Assembly (NCBI GenBank): GCA_944358795.1
Contig: CALVRW010000011.1
Location: forward strand, 5,737 to 69,736
DNA length: 64,000 nt
Direction: 5' to 3'
Origin: an uncultured Bacilli bacterium
GTDB lineage: Bacteria > Bacillota_I > Bacilli_A > RF39 > UBA660
This document shows positions 19,346-29,256 of the stretch, in pieces. The notes under the pieces are model-generated. The model did no database searches, was not told the origin of the DNA, and worked only from the letters and a program-made list of their open reading frames with translations. Both the position numbers and the translations under genes were made by a program. Position 1 is the stretch's first letter. Every line of letters begins with the position of its first letter.

Positions 19346-20047
19346 ATGGCATATATTGAGTTTTCTAAAATTACAAAAGTATATCAAATGGGAGAAGTAG
19401 AGATTGTTGCGGCAAAAGAAGTTAGTTTTTCAGTAGAAAAAGGAGAACTAGTTGTTGTATTAGGACCAAGTGGTGCAGGAAAAACAACAATTTTAAATAT
19501 TCTTGGTGGTATGGATACTGCAACAAGTGGTACTTTTATGATGGATGGAAAAGATATTACTTCTTATGGAAGAAAACAATTAATTCAATATCGACGATTA
19601 GACATTGGTTTTGTCTTTCAATTTTATAATTTAATTCAAAATTTAACGGCATTAGAAAATGTAGAGCTTGCAGGACAAATATGTCCTAATCCAAGAAATC
19701 CCAAAGAAGTATTAACGGAAGTTGGATTAGAAGATCGAATGGCTAATTTTCCAGCTCAACTATCTGGTGGAGAACAACAACGTGTTAGTATCGCAAGAGC
19801 ACTTGCCAAAAATCCAAAACTATTATTGTGTGATGAACCAACAGGGGCATTAGATTCTAAGACAGGAAGAAAAATACTAGAATTGTTAGAAAAAACATGT
19901 CATGAAAAAAATATGACAACGATTATTGTAACGCATAACTCTAATATTGCAGAAATGGCAGATAAAGTAATTCGAATGAAAAATGGAACGATTGAAGAAG
20001 TGATTGTTCATGAAAATCCGAAAAAAGTAAAGGATATTACTTGGTAA
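19346..20047 (+). CDS. ABC transporter ATP-binding protein (MacB/LolD/FtsE-like)
   Basis: Walker [13 protein letters not shown] signature LSGGEQQR and Walker [13 protein letters not shown]. Confidence 0.9.
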   Translation: MAYIEFSKITKVYQMGEVEIVAAKEVSFSVEKGELVVVLGPSGAGKTTILNILGGMDTATSGTFMMDGKDITSYGRKQLIQYRRLDIGFVFQFYNLIQNLTALENVELAGQICPNPRNPKEVLTEVGLEDRMANFPAQLSGGEQQRVSIARALAKNPKLLLCDEPTGALDSKTGRKILELLEKTCHEKNMTTIIVTHNSNIAEMADKVIRMKNGTIEEVIVHENPKKVKDITW

Positions 20048-22581
20048 TGAAATTATTATTTAAAAATGCTTTTATAAAAGTTCGAAAATCATTTGGAAGA
20101 TTTTTATCACTTCTATTAATTGTTGCTTTAGGTCTTGGCTTCTTTGCTGGACTTAGAGAAACAGCTCCAGATATGCTTTATACTGCCAACCATTATTATC
20201 AAGAATCGAAATTAATGGATGCGAAAATTGTAAGTAATATGGGACTTGATGATTCAGACGTTTCTGCCTTAAAAGAATTATCAGATTTATCTCAGGTAGT
20301 ACCTAGTTATTCTAAAGAAATTCTTGCGAATAAAGAAGTTGTAACGGTTCATTCCATAGAAGAAAATATCAATCAATTGACATTGACAAAAGGAAGAACG
20401 CCAAAGAATAATGATGAATGTTTAGGAGAAGATGGACATTATAAAATCGATCAAACAGTTGAATTTGATCCTAGTGAACAAGAAAATTTTAAAAAGACAT
20501 CATGCAAGATTGTAGGAACAATTACTTCACCAATTTATATCGCAACAGAAAAAGGAATCTCTAATTCTGGAAATGGAAAAATTACTTCTTTTCTGTATTT
20601 ACCAAAAGATAATTTTAATTTACCATATTATACAGAAATCTATCTTCGTATGAAAGATACGGATCAATATGATAGTTATAAACAAGATTATGAAGATTAT
20701 TATAAAGAAGTTGAAAAAAAGATTGAGACAATAAAGGAAAAACAAGAAAATAAACGATATAACTCTTTACAAAAGGAATTAACAGATCAAAAAACGAAAT
20801 TAGAAACAGAATTAGCAAAAATAGACAGCCAATTATCGATGGTACCTAGTACTAGTTCCACTGCTGTCATATTAAATCAAACAAAATCGCAATTAACGCA
20901 AGCGTTACAAACTTTACAAGAACAAAGTTCTAGTTTAACAAAACCTACATGGTATATACTGGATCGAACAAATATCAATGGATATACAAGTTTTGAAGAA
21001 GATGCATTAAAAGTTAGTTCGATTGCAAGTATCTTTCCAATTTTCTTTATCTTAGTTGCTGCTTTTATGTGTTTTAATACAATGACAAGAATGATTGAAG
21101 AAGAAAGAACAGAAATTGGAATTTTATCTGCACTCGGATATACTTCAAGAAAAATTATTAGTAGTTATTTATACTATGTTTTAATCGCAACGGTTACAGG
21201 AATTGCGATTGGATTTTTAATCGGTTATAATTTGATTCCACGTGTTATTTACGATATCTATGCTGCAAATTATGTTTTACCAGAATTAATGATTGTCGTT
21301 AATATGGTTGCTTTCATTAGTATGATTGCTGTAACACTGTTCCTTATTCTTGCTGTTACAATACTTGCTTGTATGAAAGAATTGAAATGTAAACCAGCGA
21401 TTCTATTACGTCCTAAATCACCAAAGAGTGGTAAAAAAGTATTATTAGAATTTATTCCAATGATATGGAATCGTTTTTCCTTTATTTGGAAAGTTACAAT
21501 TCGTAATATGTTTCGATATAAAAAACGTATCTTTATGACTGTACTCGGGATTGCAGGATGTACGGCATTATTATTAACAGGATTAGGATTAAAAGATGGA
21601 ATCGCATCGATTGGAAAAATTCAATATCAAGAATTAATTCGATATGACGCCTTACTTGTGTTACAAAATTCAAATGAAACGATTACAAATGAACATATCA
21701 AAGATTCTATTTTGTTATCACAGACACTTAGTACGTTTAAAGCAAAAGGTAAAACACATGACGCTACAATCATTGTTCCAAAAGAAGAAGATAAAATAAA
21801 TCAATACATTGTTTTACGTGATTATAAAACAAAAGAAAAATTAACGTTACCAAATGATGGGGTATTCATTACAGAGAAAATAGCAGAGTTATTAAAAGTT
21901 GATGTTGGAGATACGATTTCGATTGAATTAAATGATCATGAAAAAGTTTCACTTCCAGTAAAAGGAATTGTTGAAAATTATGCATTACACTATATTTATA
22001 TGTCAGAAGAAGTTTATCAAACTTATATTGATTCTAAGTTAAATTATCAAGTACTAGCAACACAATTAGATCAAGAAGATGAAAATGTTATTGCCAAAGA
22101 ACTTTATCAGAATCCTTCCGTACAAAGTATTTTCTTTACAAGTGATAATATGAAAACATTTGATGTTATAATCGATGGTTTAAATCAAATCATTTATTTA
22201 ATTGTTGGTGCAGCAAGTTTACTTGCATTAGTTGTTTTATATAATTTAACTGCAATTAATATTAATGAACGACTTCGTGAAATCGCAACACTAAAAGTAT
22301 TAGGATTTAAGGATAAAGAAGTATCTAGATATATTGATCGTGAAACAATGATGCTTACATTGATTGGTATTTGTGTAGGATTATTCTTAGGTGTTATTTT
22401 ACATCACTATGTAATACTTACAGCTGAAATGGATAATATGAAATTTATTAGAGAGATTGCTCCTTCTAGTTATGTATTAGCGTTTGTAATGACATTATTG
22501 TTTAGTATTATCATTGAATTCTTCACTTATTTCCGATTAAAGAAAGTAGATATGATTGATTCTTTAAAATCAGTAGAATAA
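20047..22581 (+). CDS. ABC transporter permease with two FtsX-like domains (MacB-type)
   Basis: About 845 aa with a large extracytoplasmic region and two 4-TM FtsX modules. The start forms a TAATG junction with the ATPase gene. Confidence 0.8.
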   Translation: MKLLFKNAFIKVRKSFGRFLSLLLIVALGLGFFAGLRETAPDMLYTANHYYQESKLMDAKIVSNMGLDDSDVSALKELSDLSQVVPSYSKEILANKEVVTVHSIEENINQLTLTKGRTPKNNDECLGEDGHYKIDQTVEFDPSEQENFKKTSCKIVGTITSPIYIATEKGISNSGNGKITSFLYLPKDNFNLPYYTEIYLRMKDTDQYDSYKQDYEDYYKEVEKKIETIKEKQENKRYNSLQKELTDQKTKLETELAKIDSQLSMVPSTSSTAVILNQTKSQLTQALQTLQEQSSSLTKPTWYILDRTNINGYTSFEEDALKVSSIASIFPIFFILVAAFMCFNTMTRMIEEERTEIGILSALGYTSRKIISSYLYYVLIATVTGIAIGFLIGYNLIPRVIYDIYAANYVLPELMIVVNMVAFISMIAVTLFLILAVTILACMKELKCKPAILLRPKSPKSGKKVLLEFIPMIWNRFSFIWKVTIRNMFRYKKRIFMTVLGIAGCTALLLTGLGLKDGIASIGKIQYQELIRYDALLVLQNSNETITNEHIKDSILLSQTLSTFKAKGKTHDATIIVPKEEDKINQYIVLRDYKTKEKLTLPNDGVFITEKIAELLKVDVGDTISIELNDHEKVSLPVKGIVENYALHYIYMSEEVYQTYIDSKLNYQVLATQLDQEDENVIAKELYQNPSVQSIFFTSDNMKTFDVIIDGLNQIIYLIVGAASLLALVVLYNLTAININERLREIATLKVLGFKDKEVSRYIDRETMMLTLIGICVGLFLGVILHHYVILTAEMDNMKFIREIAPSSYVLAFVMTLLFSIIIEFFTYFRLKKVDMIDSLKSVE

Positions 22582-22583
22582 AA

Positions 22584-22610
22584 AGAAAAGTCGCAAGACT
22601 TTTCTTTATT
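22584..22610. terminator. Bidirectional terminator between convergent genes
   Basis: Stem agaaaagtc / gacttttct. Confidence 0.6.
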
Positions 22611-22911
22611 CATTTACTCTAGATAAATCGATGATGAGATCCATATTATCATCTTTTGCCATAATATTTTTATGTTTTTGTTTACAAGTTTCACATACAT
22701 ATAAAATTTTATACGTATTTTTAAATTTTTCAATCCCAACTGGTTTTAATAATCCGTGACATGTATTTTGTCTATCACCAGGAAAAATATCAACGTGTTT
22801 TGAATATAGACAATGTGGACAATGATCTCGTGCTGTGTAGTTTAATTTTGTTACTTCCATTCCACAGTGTTCACAAATAAAATTTTCGTCTTTCATTGTA
22901 AATCGTTTCAT
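22606..22911 (-). CDS. RNHCP-like zinc-ribbon domain protein
   Basis: Cys pairs CEHCG…CPHC…CETC, with ARDHCPHC resembling the RNHCP motif. Confidence 0.45.
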   Translation of the reverse strand: MKRFTMKDENFICEHCGMEVTKLNYTARDHCPHCLYSKHVDIFPGDRQNTCHGLLKPVGIEKFKNTYKILYVCETCKQKHKNIMAKDDNMDLIIDLSRVNE

Positions 22912-22982
22912 AAGTTCACCAAAAAAATTATATCAAAAATCAAAAAAGTTTGCTATAATATATGGAAAAAAAGGAGTATTTA

Positions 22983-23541
22983 TATGGAAGAAGTAATTAA
23001 TAAGATAAAACCTGGGAAGGCAAAGGAAGTTAGAGCTGCCTATAATAGATTGCTTGAACTAGATAAAAAAAAGAACTTTTTTACAGAAGAACAGATAACG
23101 ATGTTAGAAGATATCAATAAACAACATTTAATTCGTATTTTAGTAGAATATCGTAGAGTCAAATATGAAATGGAACATCATAGAAAGTATACCGGTCATA
23201 AGTTAATTTTAAGGCTAGATCAAGAACAATCAGGAACGTATCGTTTTTCTTTTCATGAAACTGATTATCATTTACGTAATACGAATTTATTACTTGTTAG
23301 TCTTGCACATTTAACGAAAAATGAAGTGGAAGCTTTTCTTTATGTTCATTCTAAATGTTATCCTAATATGATGATTGATAATGAAGGAGATTATTTTACA
23401 ACCAATTCAATTTTCTATTCTTCTAATCCATCAGACATTGAATTTTTATGTACGATATCTATTAATTCAGTATTACTAGGACAGTTACAATCAAAGTTAC
23501 AAGTATGCGAAGAAAAGAGAAGTTATCAATTAAAAAAATAA
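22983..23541 (+). CDS. Hypothetical protein
   Basis: RBS aaaaaggag plus a TGcTATAAT promoter element upstream. The ORF track start at 22867 would overlap the convergent gene. Confidence 0.45.
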
Positions 23542-23610
23542 GAACTTGCATTTTTTAATTTCCGTGGTAAAATACATAGTACTTTTAGTACTTTGGAAAT
23601 GGGGGATATT

Positions 23611-24045
23611 ATGAATAAAAGAGGATTTATTATTCAAAAAGAAAAAACAATTCCATTTGATGAAACGGTAGGACATATTTTAAACTTAGAAAATATTATA
23701 CGTGATAATTATCCTGAATTAGAAGAGTATATCGCACTTACGACAAATGTAGGATTATGTATTGCGATTACCAATGCTGATGATATAGTTATTAAAACAG
23801 CATATTATGATGGAAAGTATCAGTCTTTTGCTATTTATTTACCAGAAGATTTAAATGAGTTAACAACCTATCAAAATGAAACGTTATTAGAATTTTTACC
23901 TAGTATGGAAGGAATTGTAGAAGCAGTTAGTTATAAAAAGATGACTTCACTAGACGGGGAAGATATTCCATATACACAGGAAGAATTAACACAAGTTCTT
24001 ACTGAAAACTTAAAAAATAAGGATCATCAGAAATGTAGGAAGTAA
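23611..24045 (+). CDS. Hypothetical protein
   Basis: ORF with RBS gggggat before the ATG at 23611. Confidence 0.4.
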   Translation: MNKRGFIIQKEKTIPFDETVGHILNLENIIRDNYPELEEYIALTTNVGLCIAITNADDIVIKTAYYDGKYQSFAIYLPEDLNELTTYQNETLLEFLPSMEGIVEAVSYKKMTSLDGEDIPYTQEELTQVLTENLKNKDHQKCRK

Positions 24046-24104
24046 AAAGTTACTTTCTATTTTTTTTGTTTTATTGTATAATAAGAATGCTTGGATGTGA
24101 TACG

Positions 24105-24839
24105 ATGGATTATAAAGTAACAATTGATAATTTTGAAGGACCACTCGATTTATTATTACATTTGATTAAACAGAGTGATATTGATATTGCTGATATTAGT
24201 ATTCTAGAAATTACGAAACAGTATTTAGCGTATATTGAAGAACAAGAAAAAATGAATTTAAACATTGCCAGTGAATATTTAGTAATGGCTGCTACATTAA
24301 TTGAAATGAAATCTCATATCCTTCTTCCGAAGAGAAAACAAGAAGAAGAGGAAGATGAAGAAGAAGATCCAAGAGAAGCATTGATAGAACGATTAATTGA
24401 ATATAAAAAATATAAAGAGATGACAAAGTCATTTAGAGAATTAGAAGAAGAAAGAAATACAATTTATACAAAACTACCAGAGGATTTAAAAGGATTTCAA
24501 GATTCTAATACGACTTATGAAGGAGATGTTGATTTAAACGATTTATTAAACGCATTTCAAAACTTTTTAAATCGTAAAAATCTTGAAAAACCACTTGCTA
24601 CAAAGATTACTAAAAAAGAACTATCAGTTAGTAAACGAAACAATGAAATTAGAAATTTATTGAAGCAAAAGAAAAAAGTAGAATTTGAAGAATTGTTTGA
24701 AATTTATAATAAAGAATATGTCGTTGTCACATTTTTATCAATTTTAGATTTAGCAAAAAAACAAGAATTAAAAATTACACAAGATACAAATTTTAGTAAG
24801 ATTTATATCATGGCTAAGGATGGTGTACAAGATGAATAA
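24105..24839 (+). CDS. scpA: Segregation and condensation protein A
   Basis: N-terminus YKVTIDNFEGPLDLLLHLIKQSDIDIADISILEITKQYL is the ScpA signature. Confidence 0.85.
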   Translation: MDYKVTIDNFEGPLDLLLHLIKQSDIDIADISILEITKQYLAYIEEQEKMNLNIASEYLVMAATLIEMKSHILLPKRKQEEEEDEEEDPREALIERLIEYKKYKEMTKSFRELEEERNTIYTKLPEDLKGFQDSNTTYEGDVDLNDLLNAFQNFLNRKNLEKPLATKITKKELSVSKRNNEIRNLLKQKKKVEFEELFEIYNKEYVVVTFLSILDLAKKQELKITQDTNFSKIYIMAKDGVQDE

Positions 24840-25392
24840 AAAAGCAGTATTAGAAGGACTATTATTTTTAAGTGGTAGTGAAGGATTATCTCTTGATACC
24901 ATTTGTACGATTTTAGAAATATCAGATAAAGAAGCAAGTGAACTAATTACAACATTTATGGAAGATTTAAAAAAAGATGATCGAGGATTACAATTAGAAT
25001 ATTTAGGAAATCATTTAAAATTAGCAACAAAAAAAGAACATAAATCTTATTATGAAAAATTAGTTGAAGTAGAAAAAAATACTGAGTTATCACAAGCAGC
25101 ATTAGAAACGTTAGCCATTATTGCATATAATCAACCACTTACGAGAGTAGCAGTTGATGAAATTAGAGGAGTGAATTGTGGTCATTTAATTCGTAAATTA
25201 GTGAGTATGGATTTAATTTGTGAATGTGGTAGGGCAGATACACCGGGACGTCCTGTTTTATATAAAACAACGAAAGAATTCTTAGATCATTTTGGGTTAG
25301 CTAAAATCGAAGATTTACCAAAAATAGATGAGATAGAAGTAGAAGAACAAGATGAAACGGATTTATTTGAAACAAAATATAAAGAACAATAG
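24832..25392 (+). CDS. scpB: Segregation and condensation protein B
   Basis: LEGLLFLSGSEGLSLDTI…AYNQPLTR; overlaps the scpA stop. Confidence 0.85.
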   Translation: MNKKAVLEGLLFLSGSEGLSLDTICTILEISDKEASELITTFMEDLKKDDRGLQLEYLGNHLKLATKKEHKSYYEKLVEVEKNTELSQAALETLAIIAYNQPLTRVAVDEIRGVNCGHLIRKLVSMDLICECGRADTPGRPVLYKTTKEFLDHFGLAKIEDLPKIDEIEVEEQDETDLFETKYKEQ

Positions 25393-25437
25393 TTGCTTAT
25401 GTAAATAAAATTTGTTATAATGAACTTGTTCTTATTT

Positions 25438-25523
<86 letters not shown>

Positions 25524-25534
25524 AATGAGATGGA

Positions 25535-25563
25535 AACTCAAATTTTAATATTTGAGTTTTTTT
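25535..25563 (+). terminator. Rho-independent terminator after the tRNA
   Basis: Stem aaactcaaat / atttgagttt followed by T7. Confidence 0.7.
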
Positions 25564-25600
25564 GTGGTATTTTGTATAATGAAAATAGGAAGATGGGATA

Positions 25601-27340
25601 ATGATGAATTTTGATTATGAAGAAATTGAAAGACAATTACAGAATTATGGTCGTTATATTTTAACGATAATAAAAAATAATTATAGTGTTAGTATGAGTG
25701 AGGAACAAAAAGATAAACTTAATCAACTACTGGAACAAGAATTTATTGTGGTTAATAAACCATGTCCAGAAGATCTTGCATTTTTTAGTAAACTTCATCA
25801 TGTAAATGATGCTTCCCAATTTTCAGAACGGTATATCCCATCAGCTCATGGTGGGAGAACAAAAGATGATGGAAAAATTCATTTTTATCCGTATACCAAG
25901 GCATATAAAGATTGTAAAGATACAAAAGACGTAATTAAAAATTGTCTTGATAATATATTAACACATGAAATTTTTCACTATTTTATTCAACCAAATTTAG
26001 GAAATATTCAAGATCCGTATAAAGACGATGTACAATCTTTTTTAACCGAAGGGTTAGTACAAAAGTATACAGAAGATTTTCATGAAAAATATCTACAATC
26101 ACAAAAACCAAAATCCGAATATCATGAAAATGTCAAAATAGCGACACAATTACTTAATTCATTGCAACATGGACTTCAAATGTCCGGAAATGAAATGAGT
26201 GATAGGAGATTACAAAAAGAATTAAATTCTTTGGTGTTTCAGTCTAATCGTTCAAATATATTAGAAAAATCATCCATTGGGAATCGAATTTACCAAGAAT
26301 GTACAGAACAGGTTATCTTAGAAAAAATGTGGAAACAAGGACAAAAGGGTCAATGCAGTATTTTTGAGTATGGTAATTATGAAATACATGGAGTGATTCC
26401 TAGTGCAGATGATCGCTTTCAACAACCATATCTTTTAATTATTCCAAAAGATATGGATCCTGATGCTCCGATGATCGTAGAGACGAATAATTTGGAAGAT
26501 CGAGATATGAAAAAATTATTAAATCAGGCATCATTAGAAACGGCTAAAAATCTAATACAGATTTCAAATAGAATGAAAAGTCCAATTATGGTACCTATTT
26601 TACCAGGAAATCCTAAAGGTCCTTATTATCAACAATTATCTGAAGAATGTTTTACTAACGAGATAAATCCAATGAATCAACGTATGGATTTGCAGGTAAC
26701 GGAGATGATCGCATCAGCAAAAGAAAGAATTTTAAATAGTACAGGAGTGAAAGTACCAGATAAAATTTTTATGAATGGTTATTCCGCTTCTGGTGTTTTT
26801 GCCCAACGTTTTGCTTTATTACATCCAGAACTGATTGATACGTTATGTGTTGGTGGTGCCAGTGGAAGTATTCCAATGCCAAATCCTGATTTAGATTATC
26901 CATTAGGTATTAGAAATTATAAAGAAATCACAGGACATGAATTTGATTATGAAGCTTATCTTAATATTCGATTTCGTTACTATGTCAGTGAATTTGAAAA
27001 AGAAAAAGTAAATAAAACAAGGTTTACAGAAGATGGAGCATATGCGCCAATGCATGATATGAGTTATTTTTCTAGAAGTGTATCAAATGAAACGGGACAA
27101 GTATTTAGAAATCTATATGGAAAAGATTTATTGGAACGTTCCTACTATCAAATTATGTTACTGCAACAATTAGGATTTGATATTCAGCAACAAATGATTT
27201 TAGGAAAGTATCATAATAATATCAATCAACCTCTTTCAGAAATGGATATGAGTATGAACGAAGAAGGTGTTTATGTAACTGGAAATGACTTTGTACGAAA
27301 CGTTTATCAAGAAAGTATGAGAAAAGGAAAACAACTTTGA
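25601..27340 (+). CDS. Hypothetical 579-aa protein with an HEXXH motif
   Basis: THEIFHYF is a possible zinc-metallopeptidase motif, but on its own it is not diagnostic. Confidence 0.45.
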   Translation: MMNFDYEEIERQLQNYGRYILTIIKNNYSVSMSEEQKDKLNQLLEQEFIVVNKPCPEDLAFFSKLHHVNDASQFSERYIPSAHGGRTKDDGKIHFYPYTKAYKDCKDTKDVIKNCLDNILTHEIFHYFIQPNLGNIQDPYKDDVQSFLTEGLVQKYTEDFHEKYLQSQKPKSEYHENVKIATQLLNSLQHGLQMSGNEMSDRRLQKELNSLVFQSNRSNILEKSSIGNRIYQECTEQVILEKMWKQGQKGQCSIFEYGNYEIHGVIPSADDRFQQPYLLIIPKDMDPDAPMIVETNNLEDRDMKKLLNQASLETAKNLIQISNRMKSPIMVPILPGNPKGPYYQQLSEECFTNEINPMNQRMDLQVTEMIASAKERILNSTGVKVPDKIFMNGYSASGVFAQRFALLHPELIDTLCVGGASGSIPMPNPDLDYPLGIRNYKEITGHEFDYEAYLNIRFRYYVSEFEKEKVNKTRFTEDGAYAPMHDMSYFSRSVSNETGQVFRNLYGKDLLERSYYQIMLLQQLGFDIQQQMILGKYHNNINQPLSEMDMSMNEEGVYVTGNDFVRNVYQESMRKGKQL

Positions 27341-27390
27341 TATAAAATAAGAATGATATAGATAGAATCAAAAAGTATAAAGTAGATAAA

Positions 27391-27419
27391 TTGACAAGAA
27401 AGATACTTTTATATATATT
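27391..27419 (+). promoter_or_regulatory. Sigma-A type promoter (TTGACA-17-TATATT)
   Basis: Consensus -35, a 17-nt spacer and a near-consensus -10 upstream of 27441. Confidence 0.55.
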
Positions 27420-27440
27420 GAAAATAAGGAGGATAGGAGT

Positions 27441-28124
27441 ATGGAATATAAAGTGATTGGTCAAACAGTACCAATGGTAGAAATTACAATGAATGCTGGG
27501 GAAAGCGTGTATACACAAAGTGGTGGTATGACTTATCAAACGGATGGTATTCAAATGAGTACGAATGCTAGAGGAGGATTATTAAAAGGGTTAGGTCGTG
27601 CTTTTGCAGGAGAGTCAATTTTTATGGCAACGTATCAAGCTAATATGGATGGTGCAAAAATAGCGTTTTCAACAACGGTACCAGGAAATATCATTCCATT
27701 GAATTTAGCACAAATGCCAAATGGATTTATTATTCAAAAAGGATCATTTTTATGTGCTACGAATGGTGTAGAAACAAAAATTACTTTTTCTAAAAGATTT
27801 AGTAGTGGATTATTTGGTGGAGAAGGATTTATTTTACAAAAAGCACAAGGAAATGGAGTATTATTTTTAGAAATAGATGGTGATTCAATTGTAAAAGATT
27901 TACAGCCAGGTGAAATATTAAAAGTAGATACTGGTAATGTTGTTGGATTTGAACCTAGTGTATCTTATGAAGTAGAAATGATTAAGGGACTCGGAAATAT
28001 TTTCTTAGGTGGAGAAGGATTATTTGTTACAAAACTAGTAGGACCTGGAAAAGTTGTATTACAAAGTCAAAATTTTGCTGATTTTGCAGGTCGTATTAAA
28101 CCATTTATGAGTAATAACGATTAA
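27441..28124 (+). CDS. AIM24/TIGR00266 family protein
   Basis: Gly-rich, beta-rich sequence with the family-typical N-terminus MEYKVIGQTVPMVEITMNAGESVYTQSGGM; this is a match by recollection. Confidence 0.6.
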   Translation: MEYKVIGQTVPMVEITMNAGESVYTQSGGMTYQTDGIQMSTNARGGLLKGLGRAFAGESIFMATYQANMDGAKIAFSTTVPGNIIPLNLAQMPNGFIIQKGSFLCATNGVETKITFSKRFSSGLFGGEGFILQKAQGNGVLFLEIDGDSIVKDLQPGEILKVDTGNVVGFEPSVSYEVEMIKGLGNIFLGGEGLFVTKLVGPGKVVLQSQNFADFAGRIKPFMSNND

Positions 28125-28192
28125 GATGTAATAATACATCTTTTTTTGTATGAAATATTGCTTTTATGAAATACTAATTGTGAGGTGATAGA

Positions 28193-28624
28193 GTGAATTT
28201 AGAATTAGTTCATAAAGTTTATAAAGATTCTGATATGGCAGTTTCAACAATTGATACGCTTTTAAAAGAAATGAAACATTATGATATTGATATCGTAGAT
28301 ACCATTCGTAATATTAAGAAAGGGTATGAACGTTATAAAAAGAAAAGTAGTGAACTTTTGAAAAGTGAAAAAATCGGGTTAGATAAAGTTGGAATTGTAT
28401 CGAAGATGATGGCGGATACTGGTGTAAAACAAAAATTAAAATATCGTCATAGTGAATCCGGTGTTGTATCTATGTTGATCAAAGGAATGCATATGGGTGT
28501 AAAAGATATTGATAAAATATTAGAGCAATTAGAAGAGAAAGCTGACCAAGAAAGTATAACACTTGCAAGGGATTTTTTAGTTTTTCAAAAAGACAATATT
28601 CAAGCATTAAAAAAATATCTTTAA
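28193..28624 (+). CDS. Hypothetical protein
   Basis: ORF with RBS gaggtga before the GTG at 28193. Confidence 0.4.
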   Translation: MNLELVHKVYKDSDMAVSTIDTLLKEMKHYDIDIVDTIRNIKKGYERYKKKSSELLKSEKIGLDKVGIVSKMMADTGVKQKLKYRHSESGVVSMLIKGMHMGVKDIDKILEQLEEKADQESITLARDFLVFQKDNIQALKKYL

Positions 28625-28681
28625 ATAAGTCTATCATTGTAGACTTTTTTTGATAAAATGGTAGTAGTAGGAGATGGGAGT

Positions 28682-29149
28682 ATGACAATTTTTGAACGTT
28701 TAGATCAGTTAAATATTTCATATCAAGTAATTGAACATGAACCAATTGCGACGATTGAAGAAGCTAAGAAAGTAAGTAATCAAATAGATGGAGTTGGTTG
28801 TAAATGTTTATTTTTAAAAGATAAACATAAACATTATTATTTAGTGTTAATGAATGAAAACAATCGAATGGATTTAAAATCATTTTCTAAAATCGTTGGA
28901 TGTTCTAGACTTAGTTTTGCTCACGAAGAGGAATTAAAACAAATTTTGCACTTAAAACCAGGAAGTGTAACACCACTTGGAATAATACATGACCAAGATA
29001 ATGTAGTATCAATCTGGATTGAACAAGCGTTAGAACGAGAAAAAGTATTAGTACATCCAAATTGTAATACGATGACATTATCTATCGAGATGAAAGACTT
29101 ACTTCTATTTATTACTCATGAAAACCATCAGTATCATTTTTTTCACTAG
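28682..29149 (+). CDS. YbaK/ProX-type aminoacyl-tRNA deacylase domain protein
   Basis: HLKPGSVTPLGI and the overall layout resemble the YbaK editing domain. RBS aggagatggg before the ATG at 28682. Confidence 0.6.
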   Translation: MTIFERLDQLNISYQVIEHEPIATIEEAKKVSNQIDGVGCKCLFLKDKHKHYYLVLMNENNRMDLKSFSKIVGCSRLSFAHEEELKQILHLKPGSVTPLGIIHDQDNVVSIWIEQALEREKVLVHPNCNTMTLSIEMKDLLLFITHENHQYHFFH

Positions 29150-29168
29150 AATCGTAGTATAAAATAGA

Positions 29169-29197
29169 TTGACACAAAAACAAACGTTCGTTATAAT
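29169..29197 (+). promoter_or_regulatory. Consensus sigma-A promoter (TTGACA-17-TATAAT) upstream of uvrA
   Basis: Exact hexamers with a 17-nt spacer. Confidence 0.65.
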
Positions 29198-29256
29198 AGG
29201 TACGTGATTGAAATTTTGCTGTTTGTGGTATAATAGCAAGTAGTTGAGGTGATTAA

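Noticed and set aside
29175-29200. Possible LexA (Cheo) box at the uvrA promoter
   Set aside because: Only one half-site (cgttcg) is present, with no matching GAAC four bases upstream. It does not fit CGAAC-N4-GTTCG.
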